DNA from: Abditibacterium sp.
Lineage (GTDB): Bacteria > Armatimonadota > Abditibacteriia > Abditibacteriales > Abditibacteriaceae
Assembly (NCBI GenBank): GCA_965199495.1
Contig: CBDASK010000003.1
Span: forward strand, 4,512,001 to 4,576,000
Direction of reading: 5' to 3'
Length of the DNA stretch: 64,000 nucleotides
Shown here: piece after piece, positions 28,081 through 37,543 of the stretch
Layout of the letters: every line of letters starts with the position of its first letter
Numbering within the stretch: position 1 is the first letter of the stretch
Made by a program: the position numbers and the translations under genes
The notes under the pieces: model-generated
Database searches by the model: none
Seen by the model: the letters and a program-made list of their open reading frames with translations, nothing else
What the model was told of the DNA's origin: nothing

Positions 28081-29007
28081 ATGGCAATTACTTCTGAAAT
28101 TGTGTCGTTTGGCGGGTGGGAAAACAATCTCGCGCTTTCCAACGATTATTGTGAGCTTCTTATTACTCTCGATGTTGGGCCGCGCGTGCTGTCGTTCGCG
28201 ATTAACGGCAAGCCCAATGTGTTCAAGGTTTTCAAAAACCAGACCGGCACGACCGGCGAAGATTTATGGATGAGTCGGGGCGGCCACCGTTTGTGGCTGG
28301 CGCCCGAATCGTATCCTTATTCGTATTATCCCGATAACGAGGCGGTGGATTATACGTTGCATCCCAACGGCGGCGTCACACTGATCGCGACCGATGAAAT
28401 GCCGCAGGGTTTTAGCAAGCAGATGGACATCAACCTCGCTCCCGACGCGGCGCGCGTGCGCATCGTGCATCGCCTCATCAACGTTGTGAATGAAGAACAG
28501 GAAGTCGCGGCGTGGGCCTTGTCGGTGATGGCGCCGGGCGGCGTGGCTGTGTTACCGCAGCCACGTCCGCACGCACATCCCGGCGGCGGGCCGGGCGATT
28601 TCGCGCCCAATCGCCAGCTCATCGCGTGGCCATTCACCGATTTATCCGACTCGCGCTTTCATCTGGGTAAAAATTATTGGACGGTCGCGCACGATGCCAA
28701 AAAGGGTGCCACCAAAATCGGCCTCAATTATCCGATGCCGTGGGCCGGTTATCACAACGGCGATACGCTGTTCGTCAAGCGTTTTGAATACGACAAAAAC
28801 GCCAGTTATCCCGACAAAGGCAGCAACGTCGAAATTTTCGCCAACGAAGATATTTTGGAACTCGAAACGCTTGGCCCCATGACCACGCTCAAGCCGGGCG
28901 GAGTGTTGGAATGGATTGAAGAATGGGAATTGTTTGGCAACGTGCCGCAATTTAATCCGACCAACGAAGCAGCCATTGGCGACGCGTTGAAGGGATTGGA
29001 TTTGTAG
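28081..29007 (+). CDS. Galactose mutarotase-like (DUF4380-like) protein
   Basis: DVGPRV, GGHRLWLAPE, YPDN, ELETLGP motifs. Confidence 0.6.
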   Translation: MAITSEIVSFGGWENNLALSNDYCELLITLDVGPRVLSFAINGKPNVFKVFKNQTGTTGEDLWMSRGGHRLWLAPESYPYSYYPDNEAVDYTLHPNGGVTLIATDEMPQGFSKQMDINLAPDAARVRIVHRLINVVNEEQEVAAWALSVMAPGGVAVLPQPRPHAHPGGGPGDFAPNRQLIAWPFTDLSDSRFHLGKNYWTVAHDAKKGATKIGLNYPMPWAGYHNGDTLFVKRFEYDKNASYPDKGSNVEIFANEDILELETLGPMTTLKPGGVLEWIEEWELFGNVPQFNPTNEAAIGDALKGLDL

Positions 29008-29014
29008 AAATTCA

Positions 29015-29076
29015 GTTGATGCGATATAAAATCGCAGCCAACGACTACGTTGGCTGCGATTTTATATCGCATCAAC
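29015..29076. repeat. Perfect 29-bp inverted repeat (TGCGATATAAAATCGCAGCCAA family)
   Basis: GTTGATGCGATATAAAATCGCAGCCAACG-ACTA-reverse complement. Confidence 0.85.
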
Positions 29077-29125
29077 ACGAAGAAGCGCAACCAAACCCCG
29101 CAGTTTTGCGTTGGAAACTCCCGCT

Positions 29126-29488
29126 ATGGCTTTACTTCCCTCCAAAACTATCGAATCGTTCCCCAATCCGCACCCGAACAACGATTACACCATTCAATTT
29201 TCGACGCAAGAATTTACCACGCTGTGCCCGATGACGAGCCAACCCGACTTCGCCACGATTTCTGTGGAATATTCGCCCGGCCCGCGCTGTCTCGAATCGA
29301 AAAGCATTAAACAGTATTTGTGGAGCTTTCGTGACGAAGGCAATTTTCACGAGGACGTGACCAACATTATTCTCAACGCGATGGTTGCCGCGTGCGAGCC
29401 GAAATGGATGACGGTGACCGGACATTTCAACGCGCGTGGCGGCATTGACTTCGTGATTACGGCCAAGTATGTGTCGGATAGTGCGTAA
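29126..29488 (+). CDS. queF: NADPH-dependent 7-cyano-7-deazaguanine (preQ0) reductase, unimodular type
   Basis: EFTTLCP.T.QPDFA, ESKSIK.YL.SFR....HE, FNARGGI. Confidence 0.92.
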   Translation: MALLPSKTIESFPNPHPNNDYTIQFSTQEFTTLCPMTSQPDFATISVEYSPGPRCLESKSIKQYLWSFRDEGNFHEDVTNIILNAMVAACEPKWMTVTGHFNARGGIDFVITAKYVSDSA

Positions 29489-29492
29489 TTAT

Positions 29493-29586
29493 TTTGTGTG
29501 ACGTGCGGGGCTTGCGCCCTCTTCCCATTTTGGTGCGAAGGAATCTCCGATTGGAAGAGGGCGCAAGGCCCGCACGTCACACAAAC
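29493..29586. repeat. Intergenic inverted repeat
   Basis: TTTGTGTGACGTGCGGGGCTTGCGCCCTCTTCC ... GGAAGAGGGCGCAAGGCCCGCACGTCACACAAA. Confidence 0.8.
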
Positions 29587-29617
29587 TCGCTTTATTCAAT
29601 TCTCAAAGTCTGCACTT

Positions 29618-30814
29618 ATGCAAAAAATTCTCAGACCGTCGCTCGATTGGTTGCTACTTTGCGTGCCCATCGCGATTGCGATGAAAATTTTGGGTTCGTC
29701 GCCGACGTGGCTGTTCATCGTGGCGTGTCTGGCGGTCGTGCCGCTCGCCGGTTGGATGGGTCGCGCGACCGAGCATCTGGCCGAAAAAGTTGGCGAGGGC
29801 ATCGGCGGTTTGCTCAACGCGACGTTTGGCAACGCCGCCGAACTGATTATCGCTTTGATAGCCCTGCAAAAAGGTTTGTCTGGCGTCGTCAAAGCCTCGA
29901 TTACCGGCTCGATTATCGGCAATATTCTGTTGGTTTTGGGTTTGTCGTTCGTCGCGGGTGGGGTCAAATTTCCCGAACAGCGATTCAACAGAACGGCGGC
30001 GCGCTCGTCGGTCACGACCTTAATTTTAGCGGCGATTGCGCTGTTGTTGCCGACGGTATTTCATCGCACGGCGGGCCAAAGTTGGACGCCGCAACTCGAA
30101 CAAAATTTATCGCTGGGCATCGCCGTCGTGTTAATCCTCACTTACGCGGCCACGCTGGTATTTTCGCTGGTCACGCACAAAAAGCTGTTCTCTGGCAGCA
30201 GCCACGCCGCGCCCGAACATTCGCCCGATGACGAATTGAAGTCGAAAATCGCCATCGAACCGACAACAACGACGGCGCATGAACTCAGCGAAAGCGAGGG
30301 GCACGGCGAAGGTTGGAGCAAGAGCAAATCCATCGGCGTTTTGGTTGTCGCCACGATTTTCGTCGCACTGATGAGCGAATTTTTGGTCGGCTCCGTCGAA
30401 GCCGCGCGCGAGACTTTGGGTTTAACCGAAGTTTTCGTCGGCGTGATTGTCGTTGCCATTATTGGCAACGCCGCCGAACATTCGACATCGGTTTTGATGG
30501 CGATGCGCAACAAACCCGATTTGAGCATCGCGATTGCGCTGGGTTCGAGCATTCAAATCGCCCTTTTTGTGGCGCCGGTTTTGGTGTTCGCGTCTTATGC
30601 GTTTGGCAAACCCTTGAATTTAGAATTTACGATTCCCGAAGTCGCGGCGGTTTTGGCTTCGGTCGGTATCGTCAGCCAAATCGCGGGCGACGGCGAAAGC
30701 AACTGGCTCGAAGGCGCGCAGTTGCTGGCGGTTTACGCGGTTTTGGGAATTTTGTTTTTCTTCTTGCCCGAAATGGCGCACGGCGCTTCCAATGCACTCG
30801 GTAAAGCGCATTAA
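29618..30814 (+). CDS. cax: Ca2+/H+ antiporter (CaCA/CAX family)
   Basis: [14 protein letters not shown] and IIGNAAEH alpha-repeats, [18 protein letters not shown]. Confidence 0.9.
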   Translation: MQKILRPSLDWLLLCVPIAIAMKILGSSPTWLFIVACLAVVPLAGWMGRATEHLAEKVGEGIGGLLNATFGNAAELIIALIALQKGLSGVVKASITGSIIGNILLVLGLSFVAGGVKFPEQRFNRTAARSSVTTLILAAIALLLPTVFHRTAGQSWTPQLEQNLSLGIAVVLILTYAATLVFSLVTHKKLFSGSSHAAPEHSPDDELKSKIAIEPTTTTAHELSESEGHGEGWSKSKSIGVLVVATIFVALMSEFLVGSVEAARETLGLTEVFVGVIVVAIIGNAAEHSTSVLMAMRNKPDLSIAIALGSSIQIALFVAPVLVFASYAFGKPLNLEFTIPEVAAVLASVGIVSQIAGDGESNWLEGAQLLAVYAVLGILFFFLPEMAHGASNALGKAH

Positions 30815-30959
30815 GGCGAATGAATTCGCAGCCAGAGAAAAGTGTCGGTTTCAAGCCGACACGTTGCAAACTCTACAACGATCAACGGTTCTTCTACGTT
30901 TTGATTTCGTCGTGTCGGCTTGAAACAGACGCTTTTCTCTGGCTGCGAATTCATTCGCC
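30815..30959. repeat. Long inverted repeat (GCGAATGAATTCGCAGCCA family)
   Basis: About 49-bp arms at 30815-30863 and 30911-30959. Confidence 0.8.
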
Positions 30960-30969
30960 AATTTCATTT

Positions 30970-31611
30970 ATGTTCACTCCGCTTCCCCGCGATTTCTTCC
31001 GCCCAACTGCCGACGCTGTCGCGCCCGCGCTCCTCGGACATTTGCTGATGCGCCGCGTTGGAGACGTTTGGCTGGGCGGCGAAATCGTCGAAACCGAAGC
31101 GTATTTGGTGGACGATCCGGCGTGCCACGCGTATGTGCGCGAGACGCCGCGCAACCGCGTGATGTGGGGCGAATACGGTTTCGCGTACGTTTTTAAAATT
31201 TACGGCGGCTATCACTGCGTCAACGCGGTTTGTCGGCCCAAAGGTCGCGCCGAAGCCGTCTTAATTCGCGCCATCGAACCGCGTTTTGGCCTTGAGACAA
31301 TGCGCGAATTGCGGCCCATCAATAAAGACGTGGATTTGACCAACGGCCCCTCGAAATTATGTCTCGCGTTGGGCATCAATTCTGACGACAACGGCGCCGA
31401 TATTTGCCTACGCGAGAGCGATTTAATTTTGGCCGACAATCCTGAACGCGACGCGTTTTTGCAAACGCGCGCGCCGATGATTCAAACGACGCGAATTGGT
31501 CTCAGCAAAGGCGTGGATTGGCCGTTGCGCTGGATTTTGCGCGGCTCGAAAAGCGTGTCGCGGCGCGGCGAAGCGGCGGATTGGCCCGAAGGATTGGTGC
31601 GGGAATTGTGA
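30970..31611 (+). CDS. mpg: DNA-3-methyladenine glycosylase (AAG/MPG family)
   Basis: IVETEAY, DPACHAY, YVF.IYG, AVLIRAIEP, LTNGPSKLC.ALGI, RIGLS. Confidence 0.9.
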   Translation: MFTPLPRDFFRPTADAVAPALLGHLLMRRVGDVWLGGEIVETEAYLVDDPACHAYVRETPRNRVMWGEYGFAYVFKIYGGYHCVNAVCRPKGRAEAVLIRAIEPRFGLETMRELRPINKDVDLTNGPSKLCLALGINSDDNGADICLRESDLILADNPERDAFLQTRAPMIQTTRIGLSKGVDWPLRWILRGSKSVSRRGEAADWPEGLVREL

Positions 31612-31722
31612 GTGCGATATAAAATCGCAGCCAAGGAAGTCGTCGGCCTTCGCCGACACAAGAAAGTTCGGCTTGTCGGCGAAGGCCGACGACTTCCTTG
31701 GCTGCGATTTTATATCGCACTC
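31610..31722. repeat. 49-bp inverted repeat between convergent genes (same family as 29015-29076)
   Basis: GAGTGCGATATAAAATCGCAGCCAAGGAAGTCGTCGGCCTTCGCCGACA ... reverse complement. Confidence 0.85.
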
Positions 31723-31724
31723 CA

Positions 31725-34292
31725 TCAAAAGCTGCCGCCCGATAGCGTGCCGAAGACCAGCAAAATCAAAAACAGAACCGCCATTGTTATCCCAAACATG
31801 ATGCGCCCATTGGCGCGTCCGGTCGCGCTCAAAACTTTGGAGACGCCCCACAGCAAACCACCGACTGCACCGACGATGCCCCACATGACGGGCGCATTAT
31901 CGAGCGCGAGTTTGCCAAATTGCCCCGGCAGCAGACGAGCCAACGGATAAAAGAACCAATCGCCCAGACTCCACAGCGTCCAGTGCAGCAGTTGCGCGCC
32001 GATATAACCGCCGAACGTTCCGCCGACCAAACCGATCATCGGAAGCGTGTGAATCGTGTTATCGTCGCTGCCCTTGAGCATGCCGGGACGCTCGCGCGGC
32101 GGCAATTTTTTCATGCGCTCGCCATAAAGCCACGCGCCGTAAGTGCCCAACGCGGCGCCGACAATCATCGGCCCCAAACCTTTGTTGGCATAAGGCGCCA
32201 GCGCCTGTCCCGACGAAGTGGCTCGGAGCAGCCACTTCGTCGTGTAATCGGGATTGACGCCATAATAGGCCAGCCGCAACGCCGCGCCGCCAATCGCGCC
32301 CCAACAGATCGAAACGGCGATAGTTGTCGCCAAAGTCGCAAACGGCAAAACCACATTGTAGCGCACCGGCACGCGCAAACGCCCGCCGTTGGTATCGAGC
32401 TGAATCAATCCATCGTAACTGCGCGCCGTGACGCTCGGCAGCGACGCGTCAACGGTAATTGGCAACGGCTGGCGGCCCTCGAACCGTTCGGGCGCCAAGA
32501 TTCCGGCCAGCGACGGGCCGATATAAAGCGAGCCGCGCTGAGTGCCGCCGCGCTCGTCGGTCGGCACGATGTTGAGCATCATCTGCGCGCGTTTGCCGAC
32601 TTCGATGTTGCCGAAATCCAAAACTTGCGGCTCAAACGTTAGTTCGAGCGGCACAACGGTATAAGAAACCGGAATGCGCGAGGTGCCGTTATCGGTCTGC
32701 ACGGCGATGTGCGACGAATACGAACCGTTGGGCACGCGCGCCGTATCGAGGTTGACGATGATTTCCTGCTCGTTGCCCTGAAACCATTCGGGAATCGTGA
32801 GGCCCGGCAACGACGAATCGTCGGCGCCCTGCCCGCCCGCCAAAATGTTGCCGACCGCCTTGGCCAATCCCGATTGCGCTTTGCGCGAAACCGGCACGCC
32901 CAAATCGCCCCACAAAAGTCCCGGCCCGCCGTTTTTAATCGTGATCGTCGCCGTCTCGTGCGCGCCCGACGGCAGCGAGCCGAAATTCAGCGTCGCTGGT
33001 TCCCACTCGACGCGCGGCAAAATGTTCGATGTTCCCGTCGGATAAAGCGCGCGCCGAAACAGTTCGAGCGCGACCGGGCCGTTATCGGGATGATTTTTGG
33101 TGATGGTTTCCGCCGACTGCGCGGGCGCGGCAAAACCGTTTTGCAGCAGCCACGACGAAAACATACCGCCATACAAATACTTCGCCGATTCGGTCGGATG
33201 CGCGTCCAACAGGCGCGCCAAATCGGTCGCCGTGCGCGCTTTGCTGCCGTCGGCGAAAGTGAACGGCGGCAGACTTTGGCCGCCATCGTTGGGCCGCCGA
33301 ATCAAGTCTAAATCGGCGATAAAATCGTCCAAGTTTTGATAACGCAACGGCAGTTCGGGCGCGATGGCGACCAAAATTAAACGCTCGGTTTCGGGCGAAA
33401 CTTCGGGATTAAAGTAGCGCGGGTCGCGCTCGCGCATCTCACGCAGTTGCCGCAAATCCTGCGGGTCGCGCCCGCTCAGCAACCGGTAAAGCGTCATGCC
33501 CAGCGCGTGAATATCCGAGCGTTTTTCGGGCATTTCACGTTCGCGCGGGTTTTCGGGCGCGTAGCCCGCCGTGCCAAAACGCGCCGTGCCCGTTAAAGGC
33601 GCCGTGCCGTAGCCACCGGCTTCTTCAACCTTTTTTGTCAGGCCGAAATCTAATAAAACCGCCGCCTCGTCACTCGTGCGAATTTTGATGTTTTCCGGCT
33701 TAATATCGCGATGAATAATGCCGACGCGGTGCAGCGTGCGCACGGCTAAAGCGAGTTGATGAATCCATTCCAGAGCTTGCGCTTCTTCGAGCGGGCGCCC
33801 GGTTTCGGCCATTTTATTTTCGACGATTTCTTCCAACGTCGGCCCATCAACGAAGTCCATCATCAAGTAGAACCGCGTCGAAACCGGCAGCAAAGGCGCG
33901 CCGTGTTCGGGGCAAATGCTGGACTCGTCCCAGTTCAAACCGTCAATGGGACAGATGTGCCAATCGCCGTCTTCCTGATCGAAATAGGCCGCCGGAATGT
34001 TGGGATGGCGCAGCGTCGCCAGGTTGAGCGCCTCGCGTTTGAACAGGTCAACCGCCGCCGCGCGCTCGTCGCCCGGCGTGGCCGGGTTGTCGAGGACGTG
34101 CATCTCTTTGCACGCCAGCACGTTCCCGACGGCGGTATCGGTCACGCGATAGACCGAGCCGAAGTTGCCGCCACCCAAACGCTCGATGATGTCGTAGCGA
34201 TCTTTGATGCGGTCGCCGACGCGATGTTGTAAAAAACCGATTTCAGCGGCGAGCGCGGCGGAATTATCGGGCGACGAAAGAAGGGACACCAC
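31725..34292 (-). CDS. Hanks-type Ser/Thr protein kinase with Ig-like (BACON-like) repeats and C-terminal TM helices
   Basis: LGGGNFGSVY, ACKE, HRDIKPEN, DFG, GTAGYAPE, SDIHALG; two L.FG...G / TNGG repeats; hydrophobic C-terminus. Confidence 0.85.
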   Translation of the reverse strand: MVSLLSSPDNSAALAAEIGFLQHRVGDRIKDRYDIIERLGGGNFGSVYRVTDTAVGNVLACKEMHVLDNPATPGDERAAAVDLFKREALNLATLRHPNIPAAYFDQEDGDWHICPIDGLNWDESSICPEHGAPLLPVSTRFYLMMDFVDGPTLEEIVENKMAETGRPLEEAQALEWIHQLALAVRTLHRVGIIHRDIKPENIKIRTSDEAAVLLDFGLTKKVEEAGGYGTAPLTGTARFGTAGYAPENPREREMPEKRSDIHALGMTLYRLLSGRDPQDLRQLREMRERDPRYFNPEVSPETERLILVAIAPELPLRYQNLDDFIADLDLIRRPNDGGQSLPPFTFADGSKARTATDLARLLDAHPTESAKYLYGGMFSSWLLQNGFAAPAQSAETITKNHPDNGPVALELFRRALYPTGTSNILPRVEWEPATLNFGSLPSGAHETATITIKNGGPGLLWGDLGVPVSRKAQSGLAKAVGNILAGGQGADDSSLPGLTIPEWFQGNEQEIIVNLDTARVPNGSYSSHIAVQTDNGTSRIPVSYTVVPLELTFEPQVLDFGNIEVGKRAQMMLNIVPTDERGGTQRGSLYIGPSLAGILAPERFEGRQPLPITVDASLPSVTARSYDGLIQLDTNGGRLRVPVRYNVVLPFATLATTIAVSICWGAIGGAALRLAYYGVNPDYTTKWLLRATSSGQALAPYANKGLGPMIVGAALGTYGAWLYGERMKKLPPRERPGMLKGSDDNTIHTLPMIGLVGGTFGGYIGAQLLHWTLWSLGDWFFYPLARLLPGQFGKLALDNAPVMWGIVGAVGGLLWGVSKVLSATGRANGRIMFGITMAVLFLILLVFGTLSGGSF

Positions 34293-34384
34293 GAAAGTTT
34301 AGCTTTGTGGCGCGCGCGAGTGAAGACGAAAGGCGGGCGAAACGTGAAGAGTTTTTTGTCAATCGAACCGGTGAATGTCGCGCT

Positions 34385-37300
34385 TTATTCCCCGTAAATT
34401 TCGATCTCGGCCAAATCGAGCGACATCGGTTCTTCGTAAGTTTTGATGTCGCGCCGCGCCTCAATCGCGAATGGATCGGGAATCAGCCCGCGCGTCGCCC
34501 GCCGCACCGTGATGCGCACCGCCGTGGCTGTTATCGCCTGCGGCACCGAAACGATGTTAATCGCGCGGTCATGGCTCCACGAAGTGAGCGGCGTATCCAT
34601 CGCGCCGCCCAATTCCGAGTTGAGCACATCGGCTTTAACGCTGGCGAAAGTTTGCCATTTGCCATTGGTTTCAATTTCGACATCGTAATCCAATAAAGCG
34701 CAATGTTGATTATCGGCCCGAATGCCTTTAAGCAAAATCGTGCGCACTTTTTGCGGCGCATTCCAGCGCGCCGTCACAACCGCCGGTTTAATGTTATCGT
34801 CTCCAACGGGCGCCATAGTGTCGCGGAAAATTTGGCCCGCATTGGTATCGGAAGGCGGCAAATTGTAGCCCGGCTCGAAATAATGAATGGATTGCAGCAA
34901 ACCATCGCTGAGCGCGCCGATGTTGCGCGCGCCCGGCGCCACGAACGTCGCCTCGCGCGCGAGATTGCGCCCCAAATCGAGCGCAACTGGCGTCAGTTTC
35001 ACGCCGCGCGGCAGACGCACGTAAGTTGGCAAACTCTGCAATCCGAGCGTGACGCGATTATTTTCGACGGACATATTGCGTTCGTTGCCCCACGCGTCAA
35101 CGATTTGTAAATTGCGCGCGTTGACGTTAAATTCGCGCGCTAATCCTAATTTCCCAGCGTTCGCGACATCGCCAGCGCGCAGCGAAACCACACTTTGTCC
35201 GTCGTTGCCATCGAAGCGCAGACCGGTAAACAGCGCGTTGCCGGTCGCGCCAAAGTCGAGGGCGCCCGCGAATTTCAAATCGCGCGTCATCGCGTAACGC
35301 GTTCGCGCGACGAGCGACAAAGCCATCGGCCCCTGATAAGTCCACGCGTAAGACGGCACTTTTCCGTACCCGCGCGGGTTGAGATAGAAGAACATATCGC
35401 GCTCGATGGGAATGCCGAATCGCTCGAAAACGTCCCGATCCGAAACCCAGCGCTCGGCCTGAATATCGGGCCAAATCACGCTCGCCCGTTGCGCGGCGAT
35501 GGCGTGTTCGCCCTGCCAGAGCGGAATGTCGCCTTTGCCGAACTGTTTTAATAGCGCGCGCATCGCCGTCAGTTTGGCGCGCAAGTAATTGGGGTCGGTG
35601 CTTTCGTGGCCTTCGTAGGCGTGAAAACTCCATTCGTCAATGGAATCGCCACCGCCCGCCTGCAAAAACTGCTTCATCCAACCCAGCCGAATCTGCACCG
35701 TCGCCGGGCCAAGCACGCGCGCCTGCGGATCGGCGGCGCGCAACGCAGCCACGGCGGGCCGAATCAAATTGACGTATTCGTCCGGCTTCATCTTCAAATC
35801 CGGCTCGTTGATAAATTCGTAATATTTAACGCGTCCCTTGAACTGCGTCGCGACTTTAGTCACCCAAGCGGGAGTTACGTCTTTCGGCTCCACGAACTGC
35901 AACCAAACATTGGCGCCATATTGTTTGGCGAGCGGAATCGCTTTTTCGTCAATCGCCAGCCAATCTTCGCCAGTCGCGTCCAGACGAATCGCGGGCATTC
36001 CGACGAACATCTGGCGCGGCACATCGGCGCGCCTATCTAATCCAGCGACTTGCTCAAATTTCGGCAAATTGGCAAACGGCGGCGTCACGCCGCACAGAGC
36101 CACGGCGCGTTGCAACACGTTCGCGCCGCTCGAAATCGTCGCGGTAATTTGATACCAACCGAATTGCGGCGGCGTCCAATTGAAACTTTGCGCCACGCCG
36201 CGATTGCCGCTCAAATCAACTTTAAATTCGCCCTGACCGACGCTGTTTTTGTTGGCGTCGCGCGCGATCCAATTTACGTTTGCGCTGGCGATTGCGCGTT
36301 TGGCGACCGGCATTTTTAGCGTGAGCGGAAACGGTTTCAAATCGTAAGCGATATTCCCGGCGAGCGACGATTCGAGCGTCGCGCTGTCGCCGGTGGCTGG
36401 TGCGGCTGGCGCATTGGGCGCGTTGGGCGCAAACGCATCGGAAGCCAAACGCGCGAGTATCGGGCGCGAAGCATCGGATTGGTTGCCCTGCGGCATATTG
36501 AAATCGGCGACCCAAACGCGGTTTTGCCCGTCAACGCGCACGGTCTGCACTTGATTAAAAGTCGCGCCCTGCCCAATCGAAGCGGGCCGCGTCGTCAATT
36601 TTCCGTTGGGCGCGCGACGCACAATCGTATTAGCGTCCATGCCAATCAAAGTGCCGTCACTTTGCAGCGCGAGCGCGTCGAACCATTCGCTGCCATCGCC
36701 TTTGCGCGCATTGGTTCCGGCGCCAATGGTTTGCTTGAGTTGTCCTTTTTGATCGAATTGATAAACCTGATTCGTCCACGCGACGATCCAGAAATTGCCT
36801 TTCTCGTCGGTCGCCAAATCGCGAACGCGCGTGAGAGGTTGACTGAGTTTAATTTCGCGCGATTTGTCGCCGTTAATCAGGACGATTTTATCGGCGCCCT
36901 CGCGAATCGAGCCGCTCGTCACCGCCATGCCATTTTGAGTAGCCGACAAACCGAGGGCGAACGGCACGTCCCAAGTTTTGATCCATTTCCCCTGCGAACT
37001 GTAAGCGGCCACGCGACTTTCGTCCCAGAACGTGACGTAAACATTCCCGCTCGCATCGGCAGCCACGCGGAATGGCGAACTTTGGCCTTCGATGGGAAAT
37101 TGGCTCAACGGTTTGCCATCGGCGCTCAAATGTTGCACGCGATTGTTGCCGGGCACAAAATCGTTGCCGCGTTTTTTGCCGGGGCCTTCGAGCGTCCAAA
37201 TCGTGCCATCGGGAGCGAACGAAAAATCGCGCAAATCGGCGAATTGGCCGGGCGCATCGCCTTTGCCGCCAACGCGCAATTCGGGATAAACGGCGTTAGC

Positions 37301-37414
37301 AACAACGACGTTTGGCGCCGGAGTCTGGGCTTGGGCGGGAATTTGGGCGCGCGAGCAACCGGTGAAAATCGGTAAAACGGCGAGCACGGCGTAGCGAGAC
37401 AATCGAAGCGACAT
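34385..37414 (-). CDS. Large lipoprotein: NHL beta-propeller plus GH-A-like (GH39/GH5-like) domain plus C-terminal discoidin-like domain
   Basis: Lipobox FTGC; GQF..NNRVQ NHL repeats; YEFINEPD, SFHAY, WQGE clan GH-A motifs. Confidence 0.6.
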   Translation of the reverse strand: MSLRLSRYAVLAVLPIFTGCSRAQIPAQAQTPAPNVVVANAVYPELRVGGKGDAPGQFADLRDFSFAPDGTIWTLEGPGKKRGNDFVPGNNRVQHLSADGKPLSQFPIEGQSSPFRVAADASGNVYVTFWDESRVAAYSSQGKWIKTWDVPFALGLSATQNGMAVTSGSIREGADKIVLINGDKSREIKLSQPLTRVRDLATDEKGNFWIVAWTNQVYQFDQKGQLKQTIGAGTNARKGDGSEWFDALALQSDGTLIGMDANTIVRRAPNGKLTTRPASIGQGATFNQVQTVRVDGQNRVWVADFNMPQGNQSDASRPILARLASDAFAPNAPNAPAAPATGDSATLESSLAGNIAYDLKPFPLTLKMPVAKRAIASANVNWIARDANKNSVGQGEFKVDLSGNRGVAQSFNWTPPQFGWYQITATISSGANVLQRAVALCGVTPPFANLPKFEQVAGLDRRADVPRQMFVGMPAIRLDATGEDWLAIDEKAIPLAKQYGANVWLQFVEPKDVTPAWVTKVATQFKGRVKYYEFINEPDLKMKPDEYVNLIRPAVAALRAADPQARVLGPATVQIRLGWMKQFLQAGGGDSIDEWSFHAYEGHESTDPNYLRAKLTAMRALLKQFGKGDIPLWQGEHAIAAQRASVIWPDIQAERWVSDRDVFERFGIPIERDMFFYLNPRGYGKVPSYAWTYQGPMALSLVARTRYAMTRDLKFAGALDFGATGNALFTGLRFDGNDGQSVVSLRAGDVANAGKLGLAREFNVNARNLQIVDAWGNERNMSVENNRVTLGLQSLPTYVRLPRGVKLTPVALDLGRNLAREATFVAPGARNIGALSDGLLQSIHYFEPGYNLPPSDTNAGQIFRDTMAPVGDDNIKPAVVTARWNAPQKVRTILLKGIRADNQHCALLDYDVEIETNGKWQTFASVKADVLNSELGGAMDTPLTSWSHDRAINIVSVPQAITATAVRITVRRATRGLIPDPFAIEARRDIKTYEEPMSLDLAEIEIYGE

Positions 37415-37543
37415 AAAGAAGTTGGGACGAGCGTTTGCCGCAATTGTTGCGCGAAGAAACGATAATGCGACACGGCAAAACCGCCGATTTCATCGAGAAA
37501 TCGGCGGTTTGTTTCTGTCAAGCGAATGCGGAAGAGGGAATAA

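Noticed and set aside
29077..29125. preQ1 riboswitch upstream of queF
   Set aside because: No stem with the characteristic loop and A-rich tail is visible; the upstream hairpin belongs to a repeat family.
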